Shown in pieces: positions 33,331 through 44,052 of a DNA stretch of 64,000 nt. The stretch lies in contig CAWFGE010000012.1 of assembly GCA_963815195.1 (NCBI GenBank), positions 224,001 to 288,000 of the forward strand, given 5' to 3'. Made by a program: the position numbers and the translations under genes. This DNA comes from an uncultured Planctomycetaceae bacterium (lineage in GTDB: Bacteria > Planctomycetota > Planctomycetia > Planctomycetales > Planctomycetaceae). Position 1 is the first letter of the stretch; each line of letters opens with the position of its first letter. The notes under the pieces were generated by a model. It saw only the letters and a program-made list of their open reading frames with translations, did not search any database and was not told the DNA's origin.

Positions 33331-34310
33331 CTAATAGATTGGATAAACAGTGGTCTTTGGCTGCAAGTATCCCTCTACTCTAACGCCACTCGGTGTTGTG
33401 CCTGACCACTTGTTACCATTCACAGTCTTGTTCTTGAAAGCTGCGTCAACTTCAATCTCAAACGGTCTGCACTCCACGAATCAGGGAACATCGATGACCA
33501 CCCACCATTATTTGTCTTTGGTAGGAACTGACCGGCGTTGTTAGGGTCTGCAACTTCGATCTTGGCTTTGTAAACCCCATTTGCATTGGGAGTCGATTGC
33601 CGTCCCTTGAATGACTTTCACCTGCCCGGTCGCAGTCGAGTGCCCACCGACCACTTTCCCATTTGCCTTTACTTCGGCATTCAAAATGTGGCCATCGAAA
33701 TCAATAGGTGCAGTGACCTTAGCGGCACTTGTTGGGGCGTCGGGTTTGTTCGGATGAACGTTGCCATCAAATTCGCCGCCTTGACTGAGATCCTCTTTTG
33801 GTCCCTTTGTTGGACGTTTTGGAGTGTTCTTTGGACAATTCGGGCCATCTGCACCTCGAAGTGCTCGGCTCGGAACGAGATCGCTGAAATCGCCTGCGAG
33901 GCCGCCGGTCCCACCTGCGATTCGTAATCCATTTTTCCAGTTGAGTCCATTTTTGCGAGCATCTTGAATCCCTTCCGCCGTGTCGACGACATTTCCTGCC
34001 GCATCGTATCGCGGATAGCATAGCTTCCAGCCCGTGCAACCTTGCCGCCTTTCGAGAGTGCCGAGGCCGTTCCCCCAGTGCCGACACCTATGAGAATCTC
34101 GCTACCAGCCTGGGCAAACCCCTCCGACAGCCCACCGCCTCCGCGAGTCCGTTCCCATTCGCTCATATGAAGGAGCCCATTACCATCGCGCTGTCCAAGC
34201 GTGACCGTTGAGACGCCGGCATTCCATGCGCCATTCACAATCCCCTTCGCACCAGTGACTATCCCACTCCCGAATCCCTTAATCACGTCCCAGGCCGGCG
34301 GGGTGGCATG
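33331..34310 (-). pseudogene. Polymorphic (Rhs-like) toxin C-terminal fragment with EndoU-like nuclease tip, frameshifted
   Basis: Manual translation across shifts near 34010, 33600 and 33450: IDFDGHILNAEVKANGKVVGGHS...PNANGVYKAKIEV...KTNNGGWSSMFPDSWS...WSGTTPSGVRVEGYLQPKTTVYPIY*. Confidence 0.75.
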
Positions 34311-34594
34311 CTCATGGCTTTGCATGAGCATGTCTTTGCCATCATAGGTTGATCGCGGGGTGGCCCAGGTTGCTTGCCAACCTGGGGGCGAAGCCCAAGA
34401 GGTTTGTGACAACTCGTAATCTCTCAGAAGTCTCTGACTCGACCCGCTCAATGGAAACCTCTTACGGTTCATTATACAGTCTTGGCGGATGACCAAAAAC
34501 CTCTTGTCGCTCTGCGACCCAGGTTGGCCAGCAACCTGGGCCACCCTGCGGCAACGGTAATTGCAGCCTGCCCCCAGCCATGCCGCCGCCGTTG

Positions 34595-34960
34595 TCATTT
34601 CTCAAGGGTCACGGTCAGGGTCGTGTAATCGATGATCAAACGATGACCGATCAGCAATCCAATGCCGAGTAAGGGGAACTCGCCATCGTTGGCGATGGTC
34701 TCAATACGATGATCTTCATCAAACCACTTCAGAACGCAGGTAAATGTTTCCAACATCACGCTACTGCCATCGGCGAGTTTCGCCTCGGTTCCCGCCGTCT
34801 GCTCCAGCTCGGCAGCTTCGATCATGCTCCTCGGCAACACCAGTTCGCCATTGAAAGCCGTGTCAATCCAAGCCATGATGTTTGTCGGTTCCGTCTCCTG
34901 ATTTGCGCGAAGGCTCAACGGAAGAAGTGCCCGGCCAAAATCATCCACGACGCCATTCAT
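34595..34960 (-). CDS. Clan AA aspartic protease-like protein
   Basis: WIDTAFNGELVLP (DTG-like), LADGS flap, PLLGIGLL. Confidence 0.82.
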   Translation of the reverse strand: MNGVVDDFGRALLPLSLRANQETEPTNIMAWIDTAFNGELVLPRSMIEAAELEQTAGTEAKLADGSSVMLETFTCVLKWFDEDHRIETIANDGEFPLLGIGLLIGHRLIIDYTTLTVTLEK

Positions 34961-35208
34961 GGATTCAAGGCTCCAATGGTTACGGCGGTCTCGTGGCCCA
35001 CGCGGATTGCGAACGCCAGGCGATCCGGGTGCGCGGCACGGGAGGCTTGAATGGCTTCGCTCAACGTGTTGCCCAAAAAATAGTCCCCGGAATCGGGCTC
35101 AATCGCGACAAAGGCATTCCGATGGGCCGCCTCCAACGGGGTTCTCATTTTCTCTTCATACAACTGCTTTGCGCGGCGGGCCACGTCGGCGGTGTGTTCT
35201 GAAACCAT
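34957..35208 (-). CDS. Small DUF5678-like protein overlapping the protease start
   Basis: FVAIEPDSGDYFLG...AIRVG; 4-nt ATGA overlap with the protease gene. Confidence 0.7.
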   Translation of the reverse strand: MVSEHTADVARRAKQLYEEKMRTPLEAAHRNAFVAIEPDSGDYFLGNTLSEAIQASRAAHPDRLAFAIRVGHETAVTIGALNP

Positions 35209-35305
35209 GATTTGCTCCTGCGAATGTCAGAGATCTCCAGTTTACTCGCTGGGATTCGATTGGGATACCCGTCTTCATTGACGGGTTCCAGTTTCGTGAC
35301 GAAAC

Positions 35306-38300
35306 TCACCCCGCGCGGTTCGCGAGGTTTAAGATCTCTTCCTCGGCGAGTTGGGCCGTCAGCAGCAGCGAGCGGTCGGCTTGGAAGGCGGTGGCGTCGC
35401 CGTCTCTTAGGAGGTGGAACTCGCCGGTCTTTTGGGCGGGGAGCCTCAGCGAGACATCGTCCTTGCATTCGCTGAGCATCGGCTTCATCTTGCGGATCGC
35501 GGTCGGCTCTTTGATCTTGCCCACGAGCCAGGTGCGGATGTTGTCCCGGCATTTGTAGTCGAAGTCGCCGGGGCTTTGCGTGGCTAGGAGCAAGCCGATG
35601 CCCGCCGATCTGCGCCCGCTTCAAGAGATCTTCCATCGGGCCTTTGGTCGAGGGCTTGCTTTGGGCCGGGAGATAGAGGTCCGCTTCATCGAACAAAAAC
35701 ACCGCCTGCAATTCCGGCGAGGGGTTGCCGTCGCCCCAGCGTTTGACCGCCATCAAAAACTGCGACATCCAGAACTCAATATCCAACCGGTCGCCTAAAA
35801 ACTTCGTGCTGATGATGGACAGTTGCGTCCGGCCCGGCTTCGCATGCGGCACCGGTGCCGAGGAGCGCATCGACATCGAGAGTTTCATCATCCGTTGGAG
35901 AGCGTTCGGGCTCGGCTGAGCTGGAGCGTGGAAAAATCCTGCACCAGCTTGTCGAAGGTTTTGGGATTCAATCGGCCGACGGCGTTGACGAGTTCGGGGT
36001 CGCCGCGGTGGACCATTTCGATAAGCCGGGCGAGCGTCAAGGTTTTGTCGGGCGTCCGCGTGGAGAGCAGTTGGATGGCGTGCGACAGGATGCCGATGGA
36101 GGCCACGTCCGATTGCTTGCGGGTGTAGCCCATCATGTTGCCCAGGGCCGAGGCCGAGTAGTTCGCGACCAGCTCGCGATCGAACGAGGAGAGTTCGCTT
36201 AAACCGTCGGGCACGAGCGGGATTGACAGGCCCCGCCCTTGCGGATTGCCCGGCGTGTAGACCGAGACGTTGATCTGTTCGCGGAGCTTTTCTTTGCGGT
36301 CGGCGGCGGCTTCGTTGGGGGCTTTTTGGTTCCAGAACTCGGCCTTGGCATAGCCGCACAAATCGCCCTTGCGATCGACGAGCACGGCGGGGATGCGTTC
36401 GAGCAACAACCGCTCGATGAGGTTCAAAGCCACCGTGGTTTTGCCGCTGCCCGAACTGCCCAACAAGGCCACGTGCTGCGTGAGTTCATTCGTCGTCACG
36501 CCCACCGGAGCGACCCGCCCGCGATGCGAGGTGCCGATGGGGATTTGATCCGCGGTCTCCCAATCGTTCGCGGGTTCTGCGGGGCTCGCCAGAGCGGCGG
36601 TTTGTTCTTGTTCCAGGCGGGATTGGCGATTGGCAGTCGCGGCCGAGGGCAGGACGGTCAGCGAATCCAAATCCAGCACTTCGCGGAGGGACTTGAGCTG
36701 CGCGAGCGGGCGTTCGGTTTTGAGCCAATCCGCGAAGCCCGGCTGTCCTTCGTACTCGACCAGGAATGTTTGCATGGCCCGCATCGCCCGCCAATCGGAA
36801 TCCTCCACAACCACCCGCCGGCCGCCGACCGCGACGATGCCTGCGATCTGCTGGGCGATCTTGGTTTTGGGGTTGTCGGGGAAATCCGTGGATCGCACCA
36901 AAACGGGAATGTCATCCCCGGCCCAGGTTTGAATCTGTTCGACCTGCCGGCTGAGCGCTCCGCCCAGAGGGCTGCGGTTGCTTACGCCAATCTTGAGCGT
37001 CTCCAAAACGCCGCCGTCGCCTTGGACCTGCGTTGTGAACTTGCCTTCCTCGTCGCTGGTCAGAAAGCGATGCCCGGTGTCCACCTCGCGCGAGACATGC
37101 GCGACCGCCCAGCCCAAGAGCGCCCCGAGCCGGTCGTCATCATCCGGCGGCGGCTGGCGATGGTCGGCCAGGCAATCGTTCCAAAGCTGCGTGAGATGAA
37201 TGATCTGCTCGTCGAGATCGCCAGAGAATGCCGCCGGCACCGGAGCCGCGCTCTCTCCACTGTCCGGCGCCGCCACGTCCAGGCCGTCGATCATGCGGTT
37301 GCGGTAAGTCCGGCACCAATCGAGCACGTCCCGCGTGCGGATGTTGGTAATCTGCTCCAACTGTTCTTTCGGGATGGGAAAGGTCGGGTCGTTCTCGTCG
37401 AAATCCACATCGGCCGATTCATACAAAAACCGCAGCCGCTGCCCGACGAGGCCCACGATCTCGTCCCAAGACCGGAGGCTATTGAGCTTGAGCGGTTCCG
37501 GGTCGCGTTCCAGGCGATCGATGAACGACCGCGTGAGGCTTCGTTTGAGGGCGGGTACAGGTCCTCCAAACAGGAGATGACCCACAGCGAGGAGGGCACG
37601 CGCTCGGCGAGTGCACACACCGTGCCCACGGCCCGGCGGAAGCGCTCGGCGTCGCGGTCGAGGTGGGCCATGTCTTCGAGCTGGTCCACGCACACCACCA
37701 GCGACACGCCCTGAAGGGCCCACATCAATTTGCCCAAGGTTTCGACCGTGCGTTCGGGATCGGTCCGCGGGACCATTCCGCCCAAAACTTGCCGATCCGC
37801 TTCGGAAGAATCCTCGCAGCGAAGGTAGCTCAGCACGCGGCTTTTGATTCGCGGCTCGTCCCGCTGCAAATACAGAAGCGCCTGGACCAGGTGCACGTCG
37901 CAGCCGGCGTAGCGTTCATCCTCGATGATCTGGTCGGCGATGTGGGCGATGAATTTCGCGAGTTGCCGATCGTCGAAACGGTCCTCGCGGAGCGATTCCC
38001 GCTCCTTCCTGAGGACCGACGAGGGGATTTCCACGAGCGCATCGGAGAGGCACATCAGCCCGCTGCCATCGGACGAGGGTTCGCAATACGGCTGGTCTAA
38101 GGAATCGATCAAATTGCTGAGCACATACCGCCCGTAGTCGTCGGTGGCGGAGGTCATCTGCAAATAGCCGCAATAACCGAGCCGGCGGGAATGGACGTGA
38201 TTGCGGAACACGCGCATCAGGTGCGTCTTGCCGGCCCCGGATTCGCCAAGGATGAGCAGCGTCCGCCCGGCGGGCAGTCCCGGCGGCGTGGTGGCCTGGT

Positions 38301-38547
38301 TGAGGAGCCTCGCGAACGCATCGCGGGCTTCCTCGTGGATGGTGGGCACATCAAACGGATCCTCCCGCCAGATTTCATGCCGATGGCAGACCGAGCGAAA
38401 CACCTCCGGCCCTTCGCCGGCGCAAAACACGCTGAGCCTGGGGTCCGCCCCATCCGTAAGCGACGGCCGATGAATCGCCGCATCTCCTGTTACAGTAGAA
38501 CCTTGCGCGCCGCCCGTCAACCCGTCCTTGCCGTGAGCCTTGCCCAT
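35306..38547 (-). CDS. Double P-loop ATPase: N-terminal AAA ATPase fused to C-terminal HerA/FtsK-like domain (frameshifts near 37555, 35910, 35610)
   Basis: GESGAGKT and VVCVDQLED; then GSSGSGKTT, VLVDRKGDL, FLFDEADLYLP and LATQSPGDFDY. Joined from ORFs 37291..38781, 35888..37723, 35145..36359 and 35306..35593. Confidence 0.8.
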
Positions 38548-38719
38548 ATGAGAATCCTTTCCGAAGGGCCTCTGTCTCCTGGAATTCGCATCGGCCGGGA
38601 TTGTACGCGGAACGGCCTCAGAGGGCAGCGCGAGTTTTTCGCGGAAAGTTTTTGGATCGGTGATCGGGTTTGGTTTTGACAAAACCGGTTTCAACGAAGG
38701 AAATCGTCGAAAGAGTTGA

Positions 38720-39067
38720 TCAGCAGCACGGATCGCAATTGCCATTAACTGATTTCTTAGTCGTTGATCCGCGTACCACATAAAAGAATTGAGCTTCGAT
38801 TGTGTAGGGATCTCCGCAATTTAGCAGTTCGTTGATCTCGTATGTTTCCGTGATAGTCCCAGCAGTGTTTTGTGCGTTGATCAAGTTCGCCCCTACTTCG
38901 CCGCCATTCACCCACACTTTCAGGCCTTCGCCACACGTCCCTCCATCGTATTCTTCAGCTTCAGTATGGACGACCTGAATTTCCGCACTTAGATTCCCCA
39001 TATTGTCGCAGGAATGGCTGACGATTGTCACGGTGGCGGGGCTATAAATTTTTTGTTCGTTGCTCAT
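38720..39067 (-). CDS. Small acidic Cys-rich hypothetical protein
   Basis: 115 aa, 6 Cys, ends NCDPCC; ATGA overlap with the kinase stop; AT-rich codons. Confidence 0.65.
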   Translation of the reverse strand: MSNEQKIYSPATVTIVSHSCDNMGNLSAEIQVVHTEAEEYDGGTCGEGLKVWVNGGEVGANLINAQNTAGTITETYEINELLNCGDPYTIEAQFFYVVRGSTTKKSVNGNCDPCC

Positions 39068-40956
39068 GGTGTCAATTCCTTACATTCAATGGTGTGAAAC
39101 ACGACGTGTCCCAATGCGACGATCCCGCAGCCTGACGCATGGGGGATATTCACTTTGTTCAGTTTTTGTGGCACTTCATGGAGGGATTCACCGTTGTATT
39201 TGAGGGAGACAATCTGCTCGGAATCCACTTCCATTTCCAAACGGATGCCGTCGTCCAGATCTTCGTCCAGTTTCGCACGCGCGAGTTCTTTCCGCTCGCG
39301 GAATGCGAAATGACGAAAGTTGTCGAGGCGAATCCTGCAATCCTCGATAATCAGAAGCATACCGGGATTGACAACGCCTCTCAGCACATACGCGACCTGG
39401 CAACGAAACTCTTTCGGTTCTGGCGAGGTTTGATGAATTCCAAACACGATGCCCGCTTGCGCATATTGATTCTCCAAATCCGCGGAGATGTGCATCCGAA
39501 AATGTCCGGACGGAGGTTGATGCGTTTGAAAGCAGGCCAAATCGGAACTGGATTTCACGACAACCCGGCCCCGGGGATCCAACACCCGGTAAAAGTCGTT
39601 GTTTTGAAGCGTTGCCCAGGCAATAGGGACGAGTTTCATTTCCACGGATGAGGCATCCGGTGGCGAGGCCGCGGTCGCCGGTTGCGCCTTCGGTTTTTGT
39701 TCCGAGCGAATGAAAGCCTCGCGTTCCTGCGCATGGGAATTCGCGTTTGCGTTCGGCCTTTCCTGATCAGGGGCTAGCGCATAGCCAAGGAGAGTTAAGA
39801 AGACCGCGGCCGCCCCAAGACCGAGCGTCGTTTTCCAGGGCGAAGAAAGGTAGGAGCGCAGGTCCGCCGCCAAGTGCGAAGCCGTTGCATATCGTTCCTC
39901 CACATTCTTCTTCAAACAGCGATCGCATATCCGCGCAAGTTTATGGGGAACTTCCGAATCGCAATAATGCAAAGGACGATGCGGTCGACGCGTAATCTCG
40001 TCTTTGAGTTGAGATCCCGAAGTACCTTGAAATGGTCGCTTCCGCGCAAGTAGTTCATAAAAGACAACCCCTAAACTCCAGATGTCCGAGCGACCATCGA
40101 GTTGGGCCGATTCGCCGGAGATTTGTTCGGGGGACATGTATGGGTAGGTTCCGGCCAATTCGTTTTGGTGGAGATACTGCTGGTCTTCGTGGATGGCAAG
40201 GCCGAAATCCGTGAGATACGGCGTTCCTGACTTGTCGATCAAGATATTGGCTGGTTTCACATCACGGTGCCAGATCCCGTGTTGGTGGGCGTAATGCAGC
40301 GCGTCGGCGACCATAGCAATCAATCTGGCCGAACGTCGAGGGCTGATTCGTTCGGACTTCATGATCTCGCGCAGGGACGCACCTTCGATGAACTTCATTA
40401 CGACGAAATAACGCCCATCCTCTAGTTCCCGGTAGTCGTAGAGGGGGGTAATGTTGGGATGGTCCAGTTGCGCGACGGTGCGCGCTTCCTTCAAAAAAGC
40501 ATCTCGACTTTGGCGAGAGATCAATCGATCTTGGCGGGGAATCTTTAAAGCGACAAGGCAGTTGCGATCAGGATCTTTTGCCAAATAGACCCGTCCAAAT
40601 CCACCAGTCCCAAGTTCGCGAATAATGAAATATCGATCGATCTTGGCGGGAAGAGTTTCCGACGGATCCGCCCCGCGCCGCGTGGTTGCTAGCGCTTCGC
40701 TTGTGTGGAGTCGGGAGAGAGTGGAATCGGGGAGAGCCTGACCCGCAACACGCGATGATGCCTGGCTGTCCCCTCCCGCCGGTTCGCGCGATTTCCCCTC
40801 AAGGCGCCGTAGACGTGATTCACAGGAGGTGCAGAATGCCACATGAGATGAAATCTCTTCAATTAACTTAAGATCATTTACGCTGCCTGAGTGATAATTC
40901 AGAAGGATTTGATCGCTATAACACTCGGCAGTGCCTGCCCCAGCGTCTGTATTCAT
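39064..40956 (-). CDS. Ser/Thr protein kinase with N-terminal ZAS-type zinc finger and TM helix
   Basis: HVAFCTSC (HxxxCxxC), LGTGGFGRVYLA, HRDVKPAN, DFGLA, YMSPEQ; TM LGLGAAAVFLTLLGYALA. Confidence 0.9.
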   Translation of the reverse strand: MNTDAGAGTAECYSDQILLNYHSGSVNDLKLIEEISSHVAFCTSCESRLRRLEGKSREPAGGDSQASSRVAGQALPDSTLSRLHTSEALATTRRGADPSETLPAKIDRYFIIRELGTGGFGRVYLAKDPDRNCLVALKIPRQDRLISRQSRDAFLKEARTVAQLDHPNITPLYDYRELEDGRYFVVMKFIEGASLREIMKSERISPRRSARLIAMVADALHYAHQHGIWHRDVKPANILIDKSGTPYLTDFGLAIHEDQQYLHQNELAGTYPYMSPEQISGESAQLDGRSDIWSLGVVFYELLARKRPFQGTSGSQLKDEITRRPHRPLHYCDSEVPHKLARICDRCLKKNVEERYATASHLAADLRSYLSSPWKTTLGLGAAAVFLTLLGYALAPDQERPNANANSHAQEREAFIRSEQKPKAQPATAASPPDASSVEMKLVPIAWATLQNNDFYRVLDPRGRVVVKSSSDLACFQTHQPPSGHFRMHISADLENQYAQAGIVFGIHQTSPEPKEFRCQVAYVLRGVVNPGMLLIIEDCRIRLDNFRHFAFRERKELARAKLDEDLDDGIRLEMEVDSEQIVSLKYNGESLHEVPQKLNKVNIPHASGCGIVALGHVVFHTIECKELTP

Positions 40957-41165
40957 CAGTACGCCTCGATCAATATCATATCTCGTTCTCGCTATACTTA
41001 TACATTGTTGTTCACGTGGGACCAAGCAAAAAAACGAGCATTTTTCCGAAATTTTCGCGGCGATGGATCCCGGTTAATAGCGGGTCGTCCGCCCACCAAC
41101 GAAACTGGGACGAGCTTTCGATTGGGTGCGTGATGCCCGACCGACGCGACCGGCGAGCCGCGGCG

Positions 41166-43124
41166 TTACATAAAGGAAGCGATTTCCATTGCGGAGAGGC
41201 TTGCCCGCTGCAGGGCGGACTCGGCGAGGTATTGGTCGAGCAGCAGTTCGGTGTCCTGGCGGCCTAAGACGCCGCAGCGGATCAGCGTTTGAGCCAACGA
41301 TTTCGGATCTTCATTTTGCCAGGCGAGGAGTTGCGCGAGCTGGCTTTCGGTCAACAGTCCCAGGCGGACCGCGGCTTCGCCGAAGCGTTCGTCCGTGGCC
41401 AGCTGCTCGTCGAGAATCCGCTGGACCGCCGCGGAGTCGAGGCACCCGTGCTGGCAGCCCAATTCGCCGACGGGCACCGGCTCGGTCCGGGAGTTCAAAA
41501 GCACGCGGGAGGCGGTCGGGATGTCCAGGATCTGGCGATTGACGAGCCAGCGCGAAAACCGCCGCTGCACGATTGACTGGACAAGCCGCCGCTCATCCTC
41601 TTGCATCAGGCAGCGGATCGTCACGCGATTGCGGCCGGCGCGTTTTGATTCGTACATGGCTTCGTCGGCCTCGGCCAACAGCCGCTCGGCCACGTCCTCG
41701 CTGTTGCGGCGGGGAATGATGAGCGCCGCTCCCACGCTGACCGTGATCGGCACGCGGTCGTCGCCGAAGCAAATCCCGTGGTTTTCGACGCGAAAGCGGA
41801 TCCGCTCGGTGACTTTCTCCAGGCCTTTTTCCGTGGGCTGGACGGCGAGGATCACGAACTCTTCCCCGCCGTATCGGGCCAGGACGTCGGCGTTTCGCAT
41901 TTCGTCCTGAAACACCTGCGCCATTTCCTCCAGCACAAAGTCGCCGAACGGATGGCCGTAGTTGTCGTTGATGCGTTTGAAATGATCGACGTCGCAGAAG
42001 ATCACGGCGATGGGGTCGGCCGATCGCCGGCACACGTGGACTTCCCGCGCCAGGGCCTCTTCAAAAAAGTTGCGGTTATAGAGTTTGGTCAAGGGGTCGT
42101 GGAGGACCTGCTTGTGGAGTTGCTTGTTTTCCTCGAGGAGGATCCGGTTTTGCTCCTCGGCGAGCGTTTGCTGATGCCTGGCGACCCGGCCGGCGACGTG
42201 CTCGCGGACGGCCAATTGCGAGAGATGCTCGTTGGCGAGGGCCATCAGCTCCACGGGATCTCCCAAGTCCTCGGCATTGACGGAGAACGCGCCCGCCGCC
42301 TCTTCCATGCGGGATTTCACGTAGTTCAAAAACTGTTCGAGCCGCGCTTCATCCATATCGAACCAGGTCGAAGTCAACAGCCGCATCCGCTCGAGCGCGG
42401 GTCCCTTGTTCGACGCGCAGAAATAATCGCTCACGGCCGAGGCCACGGCGACGACTTTGATCAACTCTTTGCATCCCGTTTCCGTTTGCTTTTGAAGCTC
42501 GTCCAAATTTTGCTCGCGGGCGGCGGCGGCTTGGATCAGCGGCGCCGGGAGCTTCCAGCGCTCCATGAGTTTCGTGCCGATTTCAATCGAATCGAACCCC
42601 AGCCGCTCGCGTTCGACTTCCCACAGGTTCCGCTGGTTGTCTTCGGCTTCGTCCAGAACGGGGGCGTACTCCCGGCCGACGGTTTTCAGCATCGCCAGCC
42701 GGCCCAAGTCGGCAAGCAGCCCCGCCAGAAAGAACTGGTCTTTGACCTGCGTTTGCTCTCCCAACATTTCGCCGGCGACCGCTTGCAGGACGGACTTCAT
42801 CCAGTAGCGTTTGTAATGTTCGGCGAGCGGTCCCGAGGTCATCGCGGCTTCCACGAGGGAAAAGCTCAAGGCGAGCGACGTCACCATCGTCGCCCCCAAC
42901 AAAGGCACCGCGCGGTCGATCGACGTCACCTCGTTCCGAAACGCAAAGTAGGACGAGTTGGTGGATTTCAAAATCTTCGCGCTGATGGCCGGATCGGTCT
43001 TGATCACCTGCGTGATTTTGTGGATCTCCGGGTGCGGCTCCTCAGAGAGTTCCAGCAACTGCACGGCCACGGCGGGAAGCGTCGGCAAATGCGACGAAGA
43101 CCAAATCGTTTTCGGATTGACCAT
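41166..43124 (-). CDS. HDOD-GGDEF diguanylate cyclase with C-terminal MshEN-like repeats
   Basis: HDOD: LPTLPAVA, DPAISAKILK, GLLADLGRL. GGDEF: DPLTKLYNR, DVDHFKRINDNYGH, RNAD...RYGGEEF. Confidence 0.92.
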   Translation of the reverse strand: MVNPKTIWSSSHLPTLPAVAVQLLELSEEPHPEIHKITQVIKTDPAISAKILKSTNSSYFAFRNEVTSIDRAVPLLGATMVTSLALSFSLVEAAMTSGPLAEHYKRYWMKSVLQAVAGEMLGEQTQVKDQFFLAGLLADLGRLAMLKTVGREYAPVLDEAEDNQRNLWEVERERLGFDSIEIGTKLMERWKLPAPLIQAAAAREQNLDELQKQTETGCKELIKVVAVASAVSDYFCASNKGPALERMRLLTSTWFDMDEARLEQFLNYVKSRMEEAAGAFSVNAEDLGDPVELMALANEHLSQLAVREHVAGRVARHQQTLAEEQNRILLEENKQLHKQVLHDPLTKLYNRNFFEEALAREVHVCRRSADPIAVIFCDVDHFKRINDNYGHPFGDFVLEEMAQVFQDEMRNADVLARYGGEEFVILAVQPTEKGLEKVTERIRFRVENHGICFGDDRVPITVSVGAALIIPRRNSEDVAERLLAEADEAMYESKRAGRNRVTIRCLMQEDERRLVQSIVQRRFSRWLVNRQILDIPTASRVLLNSRTEPVPVGELGCQHGCLDSAAVQRILDEQLATDERFGEAAVRLGLLTESQLAQLLAWQNEDPKSLAQTLIRCGVLGRQDTELLLDQYLAESALQRASLSAMEIASFM

Positions 43125-43371
43125 TAGGGGAACTTTCAGAGAGGGAGAGGCCGCGTACAGGATTCCCGAGGCGAGCGCGATCGCTGGAGGAATGTCGCCT
43201 GTGACAATATAGACCACGTTAAAGCCGGTCCGCGTGCGGATTTCCCGCGAGACGCGGCCCCATTCCGCCGTCAAGAAAACCGCGTGCGCTTTGGAAGGAA
43301 TCTGCGGGTTCTCCCGCTCCGGCGGCGCAATGCCGGCGGCGAATGAATCGCGGGTGGTGGGATCGGAGCGA

Positions 43372-44052
43372 CTAATCCGGCTCGGCGATTTGCCGCAAAT
43401 AGACGGCGAGCTGCATCTCAAGGTGCATCAACCGCTGCCAGGCGTCCCAGGACAACCGCGTGGGCATTTTTTCCGTGGGGCCGGTGGGGTAGTCTTGATC
43501 CTCGCAGGATTCCTGAATGACCTTGCGGATCTGCTCGTGCATAAAGGCCAGCACTTCGGAAACCTGAGCCTTTTGAACCGTCGGCAAATGCACGGGCAAG
43601 CTGGGCGGACCGTCGGGAAACAGATCGTCTTGGAGATCGGCGTGGGAATCGATGTCCGATTCCACGTAGCCCGACTTGCCGATGGTCTGGTCCTTGGCGT
43701 GCGTGGAGGACAACGTATTGCCCGTGCGGTGGTGCTGCCTGTAGGCGTCGGCGATTTGCTCCTGGCTGCCATAAATCAAAAGGCAGCGGCCGATGGTGAG
43801 CTGGTCGCCGTATTGCAGCACGCGCATCTGCACGGGGTGCCCGTTGACCCGCGTGCCGTTGGTGCTGTCCAGGTCGGTGAGGATGACGTGCCCGCCGTCG
43901 GCTTGGATTTTCGCGTGAAACCGGCTGACCCGCTCATCGTTCAGCCGTACGGAATTGTCGTCTTCCCGCCCGATGCTCACCGGCGTGGGCAGATTCTCGT
44001 AGACCTGGCCCCGCTCAAGTCCCTCGATGAGTTGAATGGTGACAGTGGTCAT
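43372..44052 (-). CDS. FHA domain protein
   Basis: SIGREDDN, VSRFHA, DLDSTNGTRVNG. Confidence 0.92.
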   Translation of the reverse strand: MTTVTIQLIEGLERGQVYENLPTPVSIGREDDNSVRLNDERVSRFHAKIQADGGHVILTDLDSTNGTRVNGHPVQMRVLQYGDQLTIGRCLLIYGSQEQIADAYRQHHRTGNTLSSTHAKDQTIGKSGYVESDIDSHADLQDDLFPDGPPSLPVHLPTVQKAQVSEVLAFMHEQIRKVIQESCEDQDYPTGPTEKMPTRLSWDAWQRLMHLEMQLAVYLRQIAEPD

